A DNA stretch of 64,000 nucleotides from Candidatus Zhuqueibacterota bacterium (GTDB taxonomy: Bacteria > SM23-31): positions 2,270 through 66,269 of the forward strand of contig JBHPLC010000004.1 in assembly GCA_042564455.1 (NCBI GenBank). The letters are read 5' to 3'. Shown piece after piece: positions 17,477 through 28,200 of the stretch (positions are counted from its first letter, which is position 1; every line of letters begins with the position of its first letter). The position numbers were made by a program, and so were the translations under genes. The notes below the pieces were generated by a model, which saw only the letters and a list, made by a program, of their open reading frames with translations, searched no databases and was not told the origin of the DNA.

Positions 17477-18724
17477 TTATATGTGCTTCCGCCAGTTATA
17501 AGGCTGTTTTTTCCTCATAACTACATTATGTGCTTTAAGCCTTATAGCGTTTATGTTGATAAATCCTGTTGAATCAGCAGCATCAAAACCGCCTTCAATA
17601 TCCATACTGGACAGGTCCCTGTTGTAGAGCGATGTCGGAGATTCTCTTCCGATGACCATTACATTTCCCTTATACAAAGACAGGATCACTTTGCCGTCGA
17701 TCGCCTCCTGGCTTTTTTTGATCGCACTTAAGAGAAAATCCATTTCAGGCGAAAACCAGAAACCGTTGTAGATAAGTTCGGAGAACTTCGGCTCAAGCAT
17801 TTGTTTTAGGTGCATTACCTCTTTGTCCATAGCGAGCCCTTCAAGGTCTCTCAGAGCTTTCCACAATATTGTTCCGCCCGGGGTTTCATATATACCTCTG
17901 GATTTGATACCGATGAACCGGTTCTCCACCATATCCACCCTGCCTATCCCGTTCTCTTTTCCCAATTCATTCAGGTACAGGAACAGATCAAGCGGATCCC
18001 TATAAACAACACCGGTTGATTTATTCTCGACTTTTACCGGCAGCCCGTCCAGAAAATAGATCTCGATCACTGTTTCCTTATCCGGTGTTTCATTCGGGGA
18101 ATTAGTCATTGAATAGATTTCCTCCCCGGCCCTGTAGAGCGGATCTTCAAGAACACCGGCCTCATGACTTATATGCATTAAATTTTCATCCTCGCTGTAT
18201 GGTTTATCCGCAGAAGCTTTTACGGATATTCCATGTTTCTCCGCAAATTTTATCAGATCGCTCCTCCCTTTAAATTCCTTCAGAAACTCCTTATCCCTCC
18301 AAGGTGCAATAACCTTTATTTGGGAATTTAAAGCATAATAAGCCAGTTCAAACCTGACCTGGTCGTTACCTTTACCCGTAGCCCCGTGGGAAACATATTT
18401 TGCATTTTCCTTTTCCGCCACCTCTATCTGGGCTTTTGCGAGAAGGGGTCTTGCCAGTGCAGTACCCAGCAGATACCTGTTCTCATATATAGCATTACCC
18501 TGCAGTGCGGGGAAAATAAAGTCTGTCACGAATTCCCTTCTGAGATCCTTGATATAGACCTTTGAAGCTCCGGTGTCCATTGCTTTTTTCTCGATCTCTT
18601 CTTTAATCCCGTCCAGTCCTACATCACCGACATAACAGATCACCTCGTAATCTTTCAGAACCAGCCACTTCAGAATTACAGATGTGTCCAGTCCTCCGCT
18701 GTACGCAAGTACTACTTCTTCCAT
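17477..18724 (-). CDS. argG: Argininosuccinate synthase
   Basis: '[12 protein letters not shown]' PP-loop, '[15 protein letters not shown]'. Confidence 0.9.
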   Translation of the reverse strand: MEEVVLAYSGGLDTSVILKWLVLKDYEVICYVGDVGLDGIKEEIEKKAMDTGASKVYIKDLRREFVTDFIFPALQGNAIYENRYLLGTALARPLLAKAQIEVAEKENAKYVSHGATGKGNDQVRFELAYYALNSQIKVIAPWRDKEFLKEFKGRSDLIKFAEKHGISVKASADKPYSEDENLMHISHEAGVLEDPLYRAGEEIYSMTNSPNETPDKETVIEIYFLDGLPVKVENKSTGVVYRDPLDLFLYLNELGKENGIGRVDMVENRFIGIKSRGIYETPGGTILWKALRDLEGLAMDKEVMHLKQMLEPKFSELIYNGFWFSPEMDFLLSAIKKSQEAIDGKVILSLYKGNVMVIGRESPTSLYNRDLSSMDIEGGFDAADSTGFININAIRLKAHNVVMRKKQPYNWRKHI

Positions 18725-18780
18725 TTTGATTCTCCTTTCATTTTCGTAAATATTGATTAAAGTGATTTCCGAAAGCCCGT

Positions 18781-18818
18781 AAAAACAAAAAACCCTTCTC
18801 GGCAGTCAAGAAGGGTTT
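18781..18818 (-). terminator. Rho-independent terminator downstream of the CoA-binding protein gene
   Basis: Minus-strand hairpin acccttct/agaagggt (18792-18799 with 18809-18817), followed by a U-run (complement of 18781-18791). Confidence 0.6.
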
Positions 18819-19077
18819 TAAAATAAAGTCAATGTAAATTACAAATTATGTATCATCTTGTTTTACCGAAAACACACCGCCTCCGGCATATCTGCCGGTT
18901 AATATTAAAGATCTTCGTCGGTTATTTACGGTAAAACTATATGTCATTACTATTTTTTCCTGGTTTAATATTGGACAACTGAATATACCAAATAATTCAA
19001 TAATGTCAAGGCAATAATTAAATGCTTATTAAAAATCAGACAATTTGTATCGATCAGGAATTTAAAGCCACAACGTG

Positions 19078-19527
19078 TCACTTCGGGTATCTGCCGAAAA
19101 GTTTCCATAGGCCTCTGTGAAATCTGTGAATGGATGTGACAGGTTCGGCGAACATGAATATACATTCGTTATCTATAACATTCACACCGTTATCCCTGCA
19201 GTATTCTACTGCCTCAGGTGAACCGGCGCCCTGCTGAAACCAGATATGTCTAATACCCTGTTCGACCGCATCTTTTACTACATTGACCGCCTCTTCAGGT
19301 TTTACTACAACAATTATACTGTCCGCTTTTTCCGGCAGAGATTTAAGATCAGGGTATATTCCCTCATCTGTTTCACCTGTTTTGCGGTTTACGGCATATA
19401 CTGTAAATCCTTTTGACTTCAGTCCGTCAAATATTGTATTACCGAATTTCTTACTGCTGCGGGAAACGCCCACTACAGCAATCTTCTTCTGTTCGAAGAA
19501 ATTCTCAATTGAAGATTTTTCTGTCAT
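19078..19527 (-). CDS. CoA-binding domain protein (YccU-like)
   Basis: 'KKIAVVGVSRSSKKFGNTIFDGLKSKGFTVYAVN' Rossmann-type CoA-binding N-terminus; 149 aa. Confidence 0.7.
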   Translation of the reverse strand: MTEKSSIENFFEQKKIAVVGVSRSSKKFGNTIFDGLKSKGFTVYAVNRKTGETDEGIYPDLKSLPEKADSIIVVVKPEEAVNVVKDAVEQGIRHIWFQQGAGSPEAVEYCRDNGVNVIDNECIFMFAEPVTSIHRFHRGLWKLFGRYPK

Positions 19528-19667
19528 TTTTCTCTAATGTTCCATTGGAAGATTTTGAATACAAATATATTAAATATCTTAAAATAACACAATTATAATT
19601 TTCGGAACGAACTGTTCTTTCTAATTATATTTACATAAATACCTTATGGATTAATCCATACATACGT

Positions 19668-19708
19668 CCAAAATAGGAAAATCCCGCTCTTAGCAGAAAG
19701 AGCGGGAT
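19668..19708 (-). terminator. Intrinsic terminator forming the expression platform of the cobalamin riboswitch
   Basis: 10-bp stem (19681-19690 with 19699-19708), 8-nt loop. Minus-strand tail UUUCCUAUUUU. Confidence 0.7.
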
Positions 19709-19950
19709 TTCACCCTGATTTTCTATAGCCCCTGAATGCAGCAAATGAATTGATCCTCGTCAATTCATAAAAACGTTGCAGATGTCCCTGGCAGGTCTTC
19801 TGACTCCGGGATCGACCTAATCAGCGCGCCTTCCCATCCCGTCTCCGGGAAAGTGACATTATGCGCCTTTCGTCCTCCGTTACAGCACCGGGAGTGTTTC
19901 CGAATTACACAGAATTCCCTATTAAGCCTTTTGGCACCGGAACAAACTAA
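19668..19950 (-). promoter_or_regulatory. Cobalamin (B12) riboswitch
   Basis: The minus strand reads ..CCGGUGCC..AAUAGGGAA..GUGUAAUUC..CUCCCGGUGCUGUAACGG..GUCACU..GGGAAGGCG..AGUCAGAAGACCUGCC (B12 box = complement of 19790-19805). This matches the conserved cores of the cobalamin riboswitch family. Confidence 0.8.
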
Positions 19951-19975
19951 TTTTCAAAGAGTAACACCAGACCTA

Positions 19976-20003
19976 AATATATAAATTATAACTCTTTTGT
20001 CAA
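19976..20003 (-). promoter_or_regulatory. Sigma70-like promoter candidate for the riboswitch transcript (TTGACA-16-TATATT)
   Basis: Minus strand: TTGACA (20003-19998), 16-nt spacer, TATATT (19981-19976), about 30 nt upstream of the aptamer. Confidence 0.45.
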
Positions 20004-20153
20004 GTAAAATCTACAATATATTGTTATGGTATAATTAATAATACACTATCTTGTATATAAATGTGCATTTGTAGTGTTCTGTTATTTTTAATCCCCGGAA
20101 GTGGAATAATATGAGCGATCTTATTTCTTCTCCTTGTCCTGCAGGGGAAGTTT

Positions 20154-20705
20154 CTAATTGTCTAACGGAGGTTTATACTCTGGTTTTTTGATTTCCGGAT
20201 AAGGATCTATTATACGTATTTTATAGTCTTTTGAAGAATCCGGAGGAATAATAAGAATTGGTAAATTTTCCAGATTATGCGGCACTATTATTGGCATATC
20301 TGAAGGAATTTCCGGTTTTAAAGGTGTTTTAAACGAGTTCTCCCGATCGAAAGGAACGATAGGGATTCTTTTCAGGTCTTCTATAGGGAGTGATATTTCC
20401 TTCTCCGGTTCAGAAACCAGTTTAATACTTTTGACATCCATGTACAATTTATATGAATCCGAAGATTTGATGTACTCGGATTTTATATCGCCCTTCACGG
20501 TTATCTTAGCGCCCTCCTTCACATCGTTCAGTATTTTACCCTTAAGTGCGATCTTATCCGGTTCACCCTTGATAGACAGATAAAAGGAGTCTTTATCTTT
20601 TTTGAGTACACCTTTTAACTCACTCTGATCTATGGGAGTGTCTACCGAAAAAGCGAAAAAAATAAAAAAGCCGGCAACTGCGAAAAACCTGAAGAATTTG
20701 TTCAT
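20154..20705 (-). CDS. Secreted hypothetical protein with Pro/Lys-rich C-terminus
   Basis: ATG at 20705 preceded by GGGGGAGA. Signal peptide MNKFFRFFAVAGFFIFFAFS. The longer track ORF (to 20831) would overlap the DinB gene. Confidence 0.55.
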   Translation of the reverse strand: MNKFFRFFAVAGFFIFFAFSVDTPIDQSELKGVLKKDKDSFYLSIKGEPDKIALKGKILNDVKEGAKITVKGDIKSEYIKSSDSYKLYMDVKSIKLVSEPEKEISLPIEDLKRIPIVPFDRENSFKTPLKPEIPSDMPIIVPHNLENLPILIIPPDSSKDYKIRIIDPYPEIKKPEYKPPLDN

Positions 20706-20769
20706 TTCTCCCCCAAATTTACTATTGTTAATTTTTGAACGTATAAAAGAAATATTTGTTCCGGATTTC

Positions 20770-21237
20770 CTACTTTCCCTCCATAATATTATCGATCTGA
20801 AATTTGTGTCTGATGGGATGCATAACGGCATGTTCCATCATGGACTCAATGCATAATTGTGCTTTCCACGGAGTGGTGAAATCAGGCCGGTGAAATCTCT
20901 CCATTTCAATATCTTCAAGAGGTGTTTTCCATTTGTCGAGAAGGTCTTCAAGATGGACTGGAAGTTCTTTCTCAATTTGATCCATATCGGTTATTTCTGC
21001 AATCCCCGGATCGGGCAGGTCGAGTTTTTCACAGATCCAGACCATGTATCTTCGTGACCAGTTGAGAACATGAAACAGCAGGGATTCACAGGAATCATAA
21101 GTCGGATCATCCGTATCCGGCAGGTTAATATTTTTTGCTTTTGCCTTTTTCCATGTTTCGATGAACTCCCGCATGGTTTTCTCGTGAAGCATCACCAGAC
21201 TCCGTGCGCCGCTGTATCTGTATTCCGGTATACCCAT
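20770..21237 (-). CDS. DinB-superfamily (metal-dependent four-helix bundle) protein
   Basis: 155 aa. Histidines spaced as in the DinB fold ('LFHVLNW', 'MEHAVMHPIRHKFQI'). Confidence 0.5.
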   Translation of the reverse strand: MGIPEYRYSGARSLVMLHEKTMREFIETWKKAKAKNINLPDTDDPTYDSCESLLFHVLNWSRRYMVWICEKLDLPDPGIAEITDMDQIEKELPVHLEDLLDKWKTPLEDIEMERFHRPDFTTPWKAQLCIESMMEHAVMHPIRHKFQIDNIMEGK

Positions 21238-21385
21238 AAATATCCTTCCCTGAATGTCTTTCAGAATGTAACAAACACATTTATAGTATTCAATGTATTA
21301 TTTTAAATTATAATTGTTCGGTATAATTTTGGATTACTTTAGAACTTACATGATTTGCAGATTTATACATGATCAAATCCCACTT

Positions 21386-21455
21386 ATTCCCCCTTTGTAA
21401 AGGGGGAATATAAATTCCTCAGTCCCCCTTTTTAAAGGGGGAATTAAAGGGGGAT
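21386..21455. repeat. Two GGGGGAAT-hairpin elements
   Basis: attccccctttgtaaagggggaat (21386-21409) and tccccctttttaaagggggaattaaagggggat (21423-21455). Same family as 36270-36305, 36367-36400, 53673-53705 and 54137-54169. Confidence 0.8.
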
Positions 21456-21726
21456 TTTTTTCACAATAATTATTAAAACAACTTATATAATCAGTAAATA
21501 ATTTTAATCCCATCCAATAACTGGAAATTTGTGTCATTTTGTTTAGCAAAACGTTTTTACATGGATAATATTTGTTTTGACCGGATACTATTGATTTTAG
21601 ATATTCTTAATGAAACCCGATTTCTGTTGATTTTTTTGTTTAATTTGTTATTCTATTACTCTTTACTATTGTTCCGGAAAAAAACCACACTTATTACATC
21701 AGACTTATTATTACTATGGAGCTGAC

Positions 21727-24018
21727 ATGAGAAAACTGTTCAGCATTATTATGACCGGACTTATCATTGCAGTGCTGAGTCCGGGACTTTTTGCATCCAA
21801 TTCCTTTTCCGGAAGGATCAACGATATGGACGGAGAAGGAGTGAACGGTGTTCTTATCACGGTAAAAGGAACACCCTTAAGCACCGTCAGCGGCCCCGGA
21901 GGGAAATTTATCATTTCCAACATCCCGGCCGGAGAATTTGAAATAATCTTTGATCACGTCAATTTCGAACCGCTTGTGTTTAGAACAACTATTTTGGAAA
22001 ATGAGGACAAAAATCTGGTCGTCGAGTTTACTGAAAAACGGAAATATGCACTCTCGGATGTTGTGGTTACAGCGACAAAATATTCCCGGAAACAGGAAAA
22101 AGTCCCGGAATCTATATCTTTGATCACCGGTAATGAGATCGAAAAGGGTAACTTCTATAATGCAGGTGATTTTCTGGAATATGTACCGGGAGTAAGGCTT
22201 ACGAAAAAGGGTACTGTCGGTATGGTTCCTACAATTTCGATGCGCTCTTTGACCGGCGGAAAAACACTTGTTATGTTAGACGGACGGCCTGTACATGAAG
22301 CCTGGGAAGGCGGAGTGAACTGGCACACCCTGCCCCTGGAGATAATCGACAGGATAGAAGTGATCAGAGGCCCGGGTTCAGCCGTTTACGGATCACAGGC
22401 AACAGGTGGTATAGTAAATATCCTCACAAAAAATCCTCCTGCAGGATTCCGCGGCCGGGTATCATCCGGTTTTGAGATCAACAACTCTGAAAACATCACC
22501 GATGAGGACGCGGACGGTTACGGCAGAGCGGATATTGCGGCATCCAACTACCAGCTAAGCGGATCATATGGTACTGATAAGACAAGTCAGTTCTTATCTT
22601 TCGGATTGAGGAACACTGATCATTCTTTTCCGACAGGCGAAAACAACAAGTGGAACAATTTTGATATCAACTATTTTATCGACCGCTCATTCAGTGAAAA
22701 ACTTACAACCCGGGCAAATTTTACTATTCATAAAGATGAATGGACAAACAAAGCTGATGACACGCCGTTCGAGGACAGCAATAAATACATCAGCGGCGAC
22801 ATACTGACAAGATATCAGGGCGACAGGGGCGTGTTTTCAGGCAGATTATACGTCAATTATGCGGATAACAGCGATAAAATTATTGAATCAGGTTCGCTTA
22901 CCGGAAGCAAAGCCCGCAGGATCGGACTGACGGCAGATTACAATATCCTTTTCCCGGCTGTCAACTCCTCACTGATTTTCGGGATTGACAGTTATTTTGA
23001 CTATGCAGATGTAAACTATGAAGAAGCGGTTACCGGTATGCAGTATCTCGGTGCCGGGACTGTTTATATCAAAGACAGAAAATCAGGCGCCGTATACGAA
23101 GAACTTGCCGATACATACACCGGAGAATACGGATCGAACTCGCAAAACCATGACCTTATTAATACTGCTGTATTCGCACAATACAGCCAGATTTTCAGGG
23201 ATAAAATAAACCTGGTCTTAGGCGGAAGATTCGACAATCATTCGGTTTTTGGATCGATCTTTAATCCCAAAGCTGGTATCACTTACGAATTAGCAAATTT
23301 GAACGGTTTCACTACGAACCTGAAAACAAACTACAGCACCGGATTCAGAGCGCCGTCACTGGAAGCATCGTTCTCAAGATCATTAGGCGGTTACGGAAAT
23401 GAGGACATCGAACCTGAAAAGTCCGAAAGTTTCAGTCTCGGTCTGTTCGAAAGACTCGGCAATCTCGGATTTCTTGAAATCACATATTTTAAGATGAATG
23501 TCGAAAATCTCATGGTCAACGACAAGCAGGGTTCGACCGGTGAAGGAAGCTGGGTATTTATTCCAAACGCAGGGGGAGAAACAGATACGCTTTCATTCAG
23601 GAGGAGAATTAATCTTGGAGACTACTCGCCAAGCGGCTGGGAAATCGGTTTTAAGACCCAGCCCGTCAGCAGGCTGACACTGTCCGGCGCTTATACGTTT
23701 CTTGATCCGGAAGATTTCACTTTTCAGACCTCTGAGAACAGGTTCAACTTCGGGATAAACATGTACCACTTTCTCGGAGAGAATAAACTTGAAGCGGAGT
23801 TTATCTATGATTTTACTGGTGACGGATATTATTTCGACTATCAGGATAGGCCCTATGAGGCATATTCTGTTGCGGACTGCAGGCTGGCTTTGGACTTAAA
23901 CAAATTATTGCGCATATCTTTATACGGCAAGAACATCTTCGACAAAAAATATCAGCAGTGGTACAGGACCTGGCAGCCCGGAAGGACTTTCATATTCAGG
24001 CTGGACAGAAGTTTTTGA
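21727..24018 (+). CDS. TonB-dependent receptor with N-terminal carboxypeptidase-regulatory-like domain
   Basis: Signal peptide. 'GRINDMDGEGVNGVLITVKGT' (CarbopepD_reg-like). Plug 'DVVVTATKYSRKQEKVPESISLITGNEI', 'IEVIRGPGSAVYGSQATGGIVNI'. C-terminal 'FIFRLDRSF'. Confidence 0.85.
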   Translation: MRKLFSIIMTGLIIAVLSPGLFASNSFSGRINDMDGEGVNGVLITVKGTPLSTVSGPGGKFIISNIPAGEFEIIFDHVNFEPLVFRTTILENEDKNLVVEFTEKRKYALSDVVVTATKYSRKQEKVPESISLITGNEIEKGNFYNAGDFLEYVPGVRLTKKGTVGMVPTISMRSLTGGKTLVMLDGRPVHEAWEGGVNWHTLPLEIIDRIEVIRGPGSAVYGSQATGGIVNILTKNPPAGFRGRVSSGFEINNSENITDEDADGYGRADIAASNYQLSGSYGTDKTSQFLSFGLRNTDHSFPTGENNKWNNFDINYFIDRSFSEKLTTRANFTIHKDEWTNKADDTPFEDSNKYISGDILTRYQGDRGVFSGRLYVNYADNSDKIIESGSLTGSKARRIGLTADYNILFPAVNSSLIFGIDSYFDYADVNYEEAVTGMQYLGAGTVYIKDRKSGAVYEELADTYTGEYGSNSQNHDLINTAVFAQYSQIFRDKINLVLGGRFDNHSVFGSIFNPKAGITYELANLNGFTTNLKTNYSTGFRAPSLEASFSRSLGGYGNEDIEPEKSESFSLGLFERLGNLGFLEITYFKMNVENLMVNDKQGSTGEGSWVFIPNAGGETDTLSFRRRINLGDYSPSGWEIGFKTQPVSRLTLSGAYTFLDPEDFTFQTSENRFNFGINMYHFLGENKLEAEFIYDFTGDGYYFDYQDRPYEAYSVADCRLALDLNKLLRISLYGKNIFDKKYQQWYRTWQPGRTFIFRLDRSF

Positions 24019-24037
24019 TTCCAATTTTATAGTCTAT

Positions 24038-24075
24038 AAAAAAAAGGTGAAATAGTAATTATTTCACCTTTTTTA
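24038..24075. terminator. Bidirectional rho-independent terminator
   Basis: aaggtgaaat (24044-24053) / atttcacctt (24061-24070), with an A-run before and a T-run after. Between convergent genes. Confidence 0.75.
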
Positions 24076-24144
24076 ATTTAATAAGTTATTAATAGTGAAA
24101 AAATCGAAAAATTAGTGGAAAATATTATGCTTAATTAAACAATA

Positions 24145-24825
24145 CTAAATCAGTTTTTCCTGGTCGGGATTGTTCTTTTTCAGAAAATTTCCGTAAAGTT
24201 CATTCTTGCAGTCCGGACATATGCCGTGTGAGAATTCAGCGTCGGAATGATCCTGTATATAGACTTCTATCTGCTCCCAGTATCCGCCGTCATTACGGAT
24301 CTTTTTACAGTTCGCACAGATCGGCAGCAGCCCTTTGATCGTTTTTAATTCCTCAAGGGTGTTTTTCAGCTCAACGATCAGCTTTTCCTTTTCTTCTTCG
24401 GCTTTTTTTCTTGCAATACGCTCGTCATGACGGTTACACACTTCGGTGATGATCAGAGGCATCAGCTCAAGGTAAGACTGTTCGGCATCTTTGACGATAT
24501 AATCATCAACGCCAATTTTCAGAGCTTCAACAGCTATTTTCTCGGATCCGCCTCCCGTAGAAATGATCAGGGGAAGATCAATATTCTTATCTTTTATGAT
24601 TTTACATAGCTCAAGGCCGGTTTTTCCCGGCAGTTTATAATCCAGTACGGCTATGTCAAAATTATCGGCCTGCTTTTTTAATATTTTTTCCGCATCTTCT
24701 GCTTTTTCACACCAGGTAATATTATAATCGATCCCTGCTTCATCAAGTGAACGTTCAAACAACAACCTGTCGTGTTCTGTATCCTCCACTAAAAGGACCT
24801 GAAAAGTTTTTTTCTCCTTATTCAT
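24145..24825 (-). CDS. Response regulator: receiver + coiled coil + C-terminal Cys/His-rich (zinc-ribbon-like) domain
   Basis: Receiver 'VLDYKLPGKTG'. C-terminus 'LLPICANCKKIRNDGGYWEQIEVYIQDHSDAEFSHGICPDCKNELY'. Confidence 0.75.
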   Translation of the reverse strand: MNKEKKTFQVLLVEDTEHDRLLFERSLDEAGIDYNITWCEKAEDAEKILKKQADNFDIAVLDYKLPGKTGLELCKIIKDKNIDLPLIISTGGGSEKIAVEALKIGVDDYIVKDAEQSYLELMPLIITEVCNRHDERIARKKAEEEKEKLIVELKNTLEELKTIKGLLPICANCKKIRNDGGYWEQIEVYIQDHSDAEFSHGICPDCKNELYGNFLKKNNPDQEKLI

Positions 24826-24826
24826 T

Positions 24827-25267
24827 CTATTCTCCCGGGAATTCCACCATTTCCCAAAAAAGGTTGATCGTCTTTATTGCGTTTGATAAATTCTCAAACT
24901 GTACCGGTTTACAAATATACGCATTCACACCAAGATCATAACTTCTTATCTTATCTTCTTCCTGTCTTGACGTGGTAAGAATTACAACAGGGATCCGTTT
25001 AAGTTTCTGGTCATTCCTTATAGTCTTCAGAACGGTCAGGCCATCGACCTTAGGCATTTTAATATCCAATAAGACAAGATTCGGCCGGGGTGATTTTTCC
25101 GGATCGCTGAATTCCCCCCTTCTATATAAATAGTCGAGACACTCACTGCCATTATTAACAATAAATAATGGATTCACAATGTTAAAATGTTCCCAGGCTT
25201 CCTCCACGGCAATAATATCATGCTCATTATCTTCTGCCATAAGTACGATGAATGGTTTTTCACGCAT
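24827..25267 (-). CDS. Single-domain CheY-like response regulator
   Basis: 'IVLMAEDNEHD', 'LVLLDIKMPKVDG', 'ILTTS', 'YICKP'. Confidence 0.85.
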   Translation of the reverse strand: MREKPFIVLMAEDNEHDIIAVEEAWEHFNIVNPLFIVNNGSECLDYLYRRGEFSDPEKSPRPNLVLLDIKMPKVDGLTVLKTIRNDQKLKRIPVVILTTSRQEEDKIRSYDLGVNAYICKPVQFENLSNAIKTINLFWEMVEFPGE

Positions 25268-25276
25268 ATTTCTTCC

Positions 25277-28200
25277 TTATGTTTTCGGCAGTACAAAATA
25301 AAATGTACTCCCCTTTCCTAATTCTGATTTTACTTTTAAAGTTCCTTTCATCTGCTTCACTATCTTATTGACTATTGCCAGACCTATTCCCGTTCCCTCA
25401 TATTCTTTTCTTGTATGCAGTCTTTCAAATACCTGGAATATCTTATCATTATAGTCAGACTTTATTCCAATTCCATTATCTTTTACAAAAAACTCATAAC
25501 TTTTCTTATTTGCTGAACTCCAGCCCAATTCGATCTTTTTACTTTTCGAATCATTAAATTTTATTCCGTTATCGATCAGATTCTGAAATAGTTGTTTTAT
25601 AAAAACCGGTTCAATCTTAAGGTTCGGCCACCTCTTTGGCATCAATATCTCAACATCCTCCTGAAGATCAAAGTTTGCCAACAACTCTTTTATAAGCTTA
25701 CCGACATTAATATCTTCTTTTAACACACTGCCTCTGCCGACTCTCGACAGTTCCAAAAGATCATTAACAAGTTCTTCAGCTTCTTCCGTTGCCGTTTTCA
25801 AACCGTTCAGGTATCGTTTCTGTTTCCCTTTCAGGCTGTCTTCCAGATCCCGCATCAGGAAATCAGAGTAATTATGGATAGCTCTTAAGGGTGCTCTGAC
25901 ATCATGCGAAACTACATAAGCATATTGGGAAAGCTCCTCATTTGCAATTGATAGCTCATCGGTTCTGTCAGCAAGTTTCTTATTAGCATCCCGCAAATTC
26001 TGTTCAGCGATCTTTCTTTCTGTAATATCGAGGAAAGACCCTATAAGTTTATCAGGTTTTTTTTCAGAATTATATATTATCTCACCCTGAGATAATACGT
26101 ATCTTATTTCCCCGTCAGGTCTTACAATTCTCTTTTCTATACTGTATTTTTCGCCTTTATCAATAGCATCCTGTACTGCCTTTGCTGCCCGATCGCGGTC
26201 GTCAGGATGTATGATCTTGAATCCATTCTCAGCTGTAGGTTCAATGTCGCCGGGTTTGTAACCGCATATACGGAAAAATTCGTCTGTCCAGAATGATCTG
26301 CCGGTGGTAACATCCATCTCCCAACTCCCGAGATGAGCTATCCGCTGGGCATTTCTAAGGTTGCTCTCACTCCACTCGAGTTTTCTTTCCGCAATCATAT
26401 AATCCGTAATATCGCGCCAGGATGACCTGCTGTGCAGGATATTTCCCTTCTCATCCCTGATAGCCGATACATTCAGCATTACATCGATCTTACTGCCATC
26501 TTTACGTTTTAAGACCAGCATCGCATTATTTACTTCTCCGGTATCAACAAATGTCTGAAATGCTTTTTTGACATCATCCATACAATCAGGATGATACAAT
26601 TCAAAAATCTTCATCCCCATGATCTCATCCCTGGTATACACGGTAGCCTTTGCCAGAGTGTCATTACATTGAATGATCCTTGCTGTTTTCGGATCAACTG
26701 ATACAAACATATCAGGTGCATTATTGTAAAGGTCTTCATATTCCATTTTACTCTTTTCAAGAGCCTCTTCGGTTTTTTTCCTTTCTGTAATTTCAAGGAA
26801 CATTACTGCCATAGAACCAGGTACGGTCTGAAAAGCATATACTTCAAAAGCACCTTTTATTATTTCATCATCATAATTTATCATCTCTGTCTTCCACATG
26901 TTTCCTGTTTCTGCTACTTCTTTGTATTTAACCGGAACCTCCGTATTTTTGAGCGGAGGGAAAGCTTCTTCTATGGATAATCCAACAAATTGATCATTAT
27001 TAACACCCAGGATACTATCGGCTGTCGGATTTGCGCCCTGGAAGATCAGTCTTTCATCCGAGTCAAGTTTGTAGAAATGCATCCCCATAGGTGAAGATTC
27101 AACAATCTTCCGGAATTTCTCTTCACTTTTTTCCAGAGCTTCGTGTGCTTTCTTTCTTTCGGTAATATCCCTTACGAATGAGCAGTTATACTCCTTGCCG
27201 TCATATTCAAGATAATTAGATGATATTTCAATAGGATATATTTTTCCGCTCTTAGTTCTTACCAAGGATTCAAAAGTAAAAGCCTTTTTCTCTTTTAAAG
27301 TCTTCCAGAACTCCAACCATCTTTTCCTGGAAAAAGTTGGATCTACCTCCAAAACCGTTCTGTCAAGCATTTCTTCCCTGCTGTATTCCAGAAAGGAACA
27401 GGCTTTATCATTAACATATACAAATCCGCCGTCAGAGTCTATCCACATTGAAGAGTCTGCCGCATGATCCACGGCAAATTGCGTGAACAGCAGTTTTTCC
27501 TCTAATTGCTTCCTTTCCGTAATATCCTCGACTACTGCTATATGAGTTGATGGTTTCTCATCGATTTGCCACATTGGTGAAACAGAAAGACTGACCCAGA
27601 CTATTGATCCGTCCTTACACCTGTATCGTTTTTCCATCGAGAAGTTACGTATCTCCCCCTTTAGCAGACGTTTCATATTTGACAGATCTGTTTTCAAATC
27701 CTCAGGATGAGTAATTGACTGAAAATCCAATCCATACATCTCGTCTGATGTATAACCAAGTATATCACAATATTTTTGGTTGATTTTAATAAACTTACCT
27801 GTCTTTGAATCAATTTGAGCAACACCTATTGCTGCCTGCTCAAATATCGCCCTGAATAACGATTCGCTTCTTTTTAATTCATCCTCGATCCTTTTCTTCT
27901 CTGTTATATCCCTGACTATGCCTTCGACTGCCACGGGTTTTTTTTCGTCAGAATAAACAAATTGAATATTGCATTCAACAAGGATCTCGACTCCGTCTTT
28001 TCTCTTATAGTTTAAATGATATCCTTCAACCTTTCCTTTCGATCTCAGAATTTTTATTAACTCTTTCCTCTCATTAGGATCAACATAAATATCTCTTGAT
28101 ATATTACATTTCATTAATTCCTGTTTATTCTTGTATTTCAATAGCTTTGCGGCAAATTTATTTACCAGTAAAATTTCACCGTCCAGACCAGTAAGCAAAT

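Noticed and set aside
18880-18898. Hairpin ccggcatatctgccgg as a terminator or attenuator between the CoA-binding gene and argG
   Set aside because: No adjacent U-tract on either strand. The better terminator is at 18781-18818.
20706-20831. N-terminal 42-aa extension of the 20154 ORF overlapping the DinB-like gene
   Set aside because: The internal ATG at 20705 has a strong GGGGGAGA RBS and starts a clean signal peptide. The extension would overlap the upstream gene by 62 nt.
21727-24018. TonB-dependent receptor as the real target of the cobalamin riboswitch
   Set aside because: The riboswitch is on the opposite strand, 1.8 kb away and separated by two genes. I saw no B12-box-like sequence in 21238-21726.
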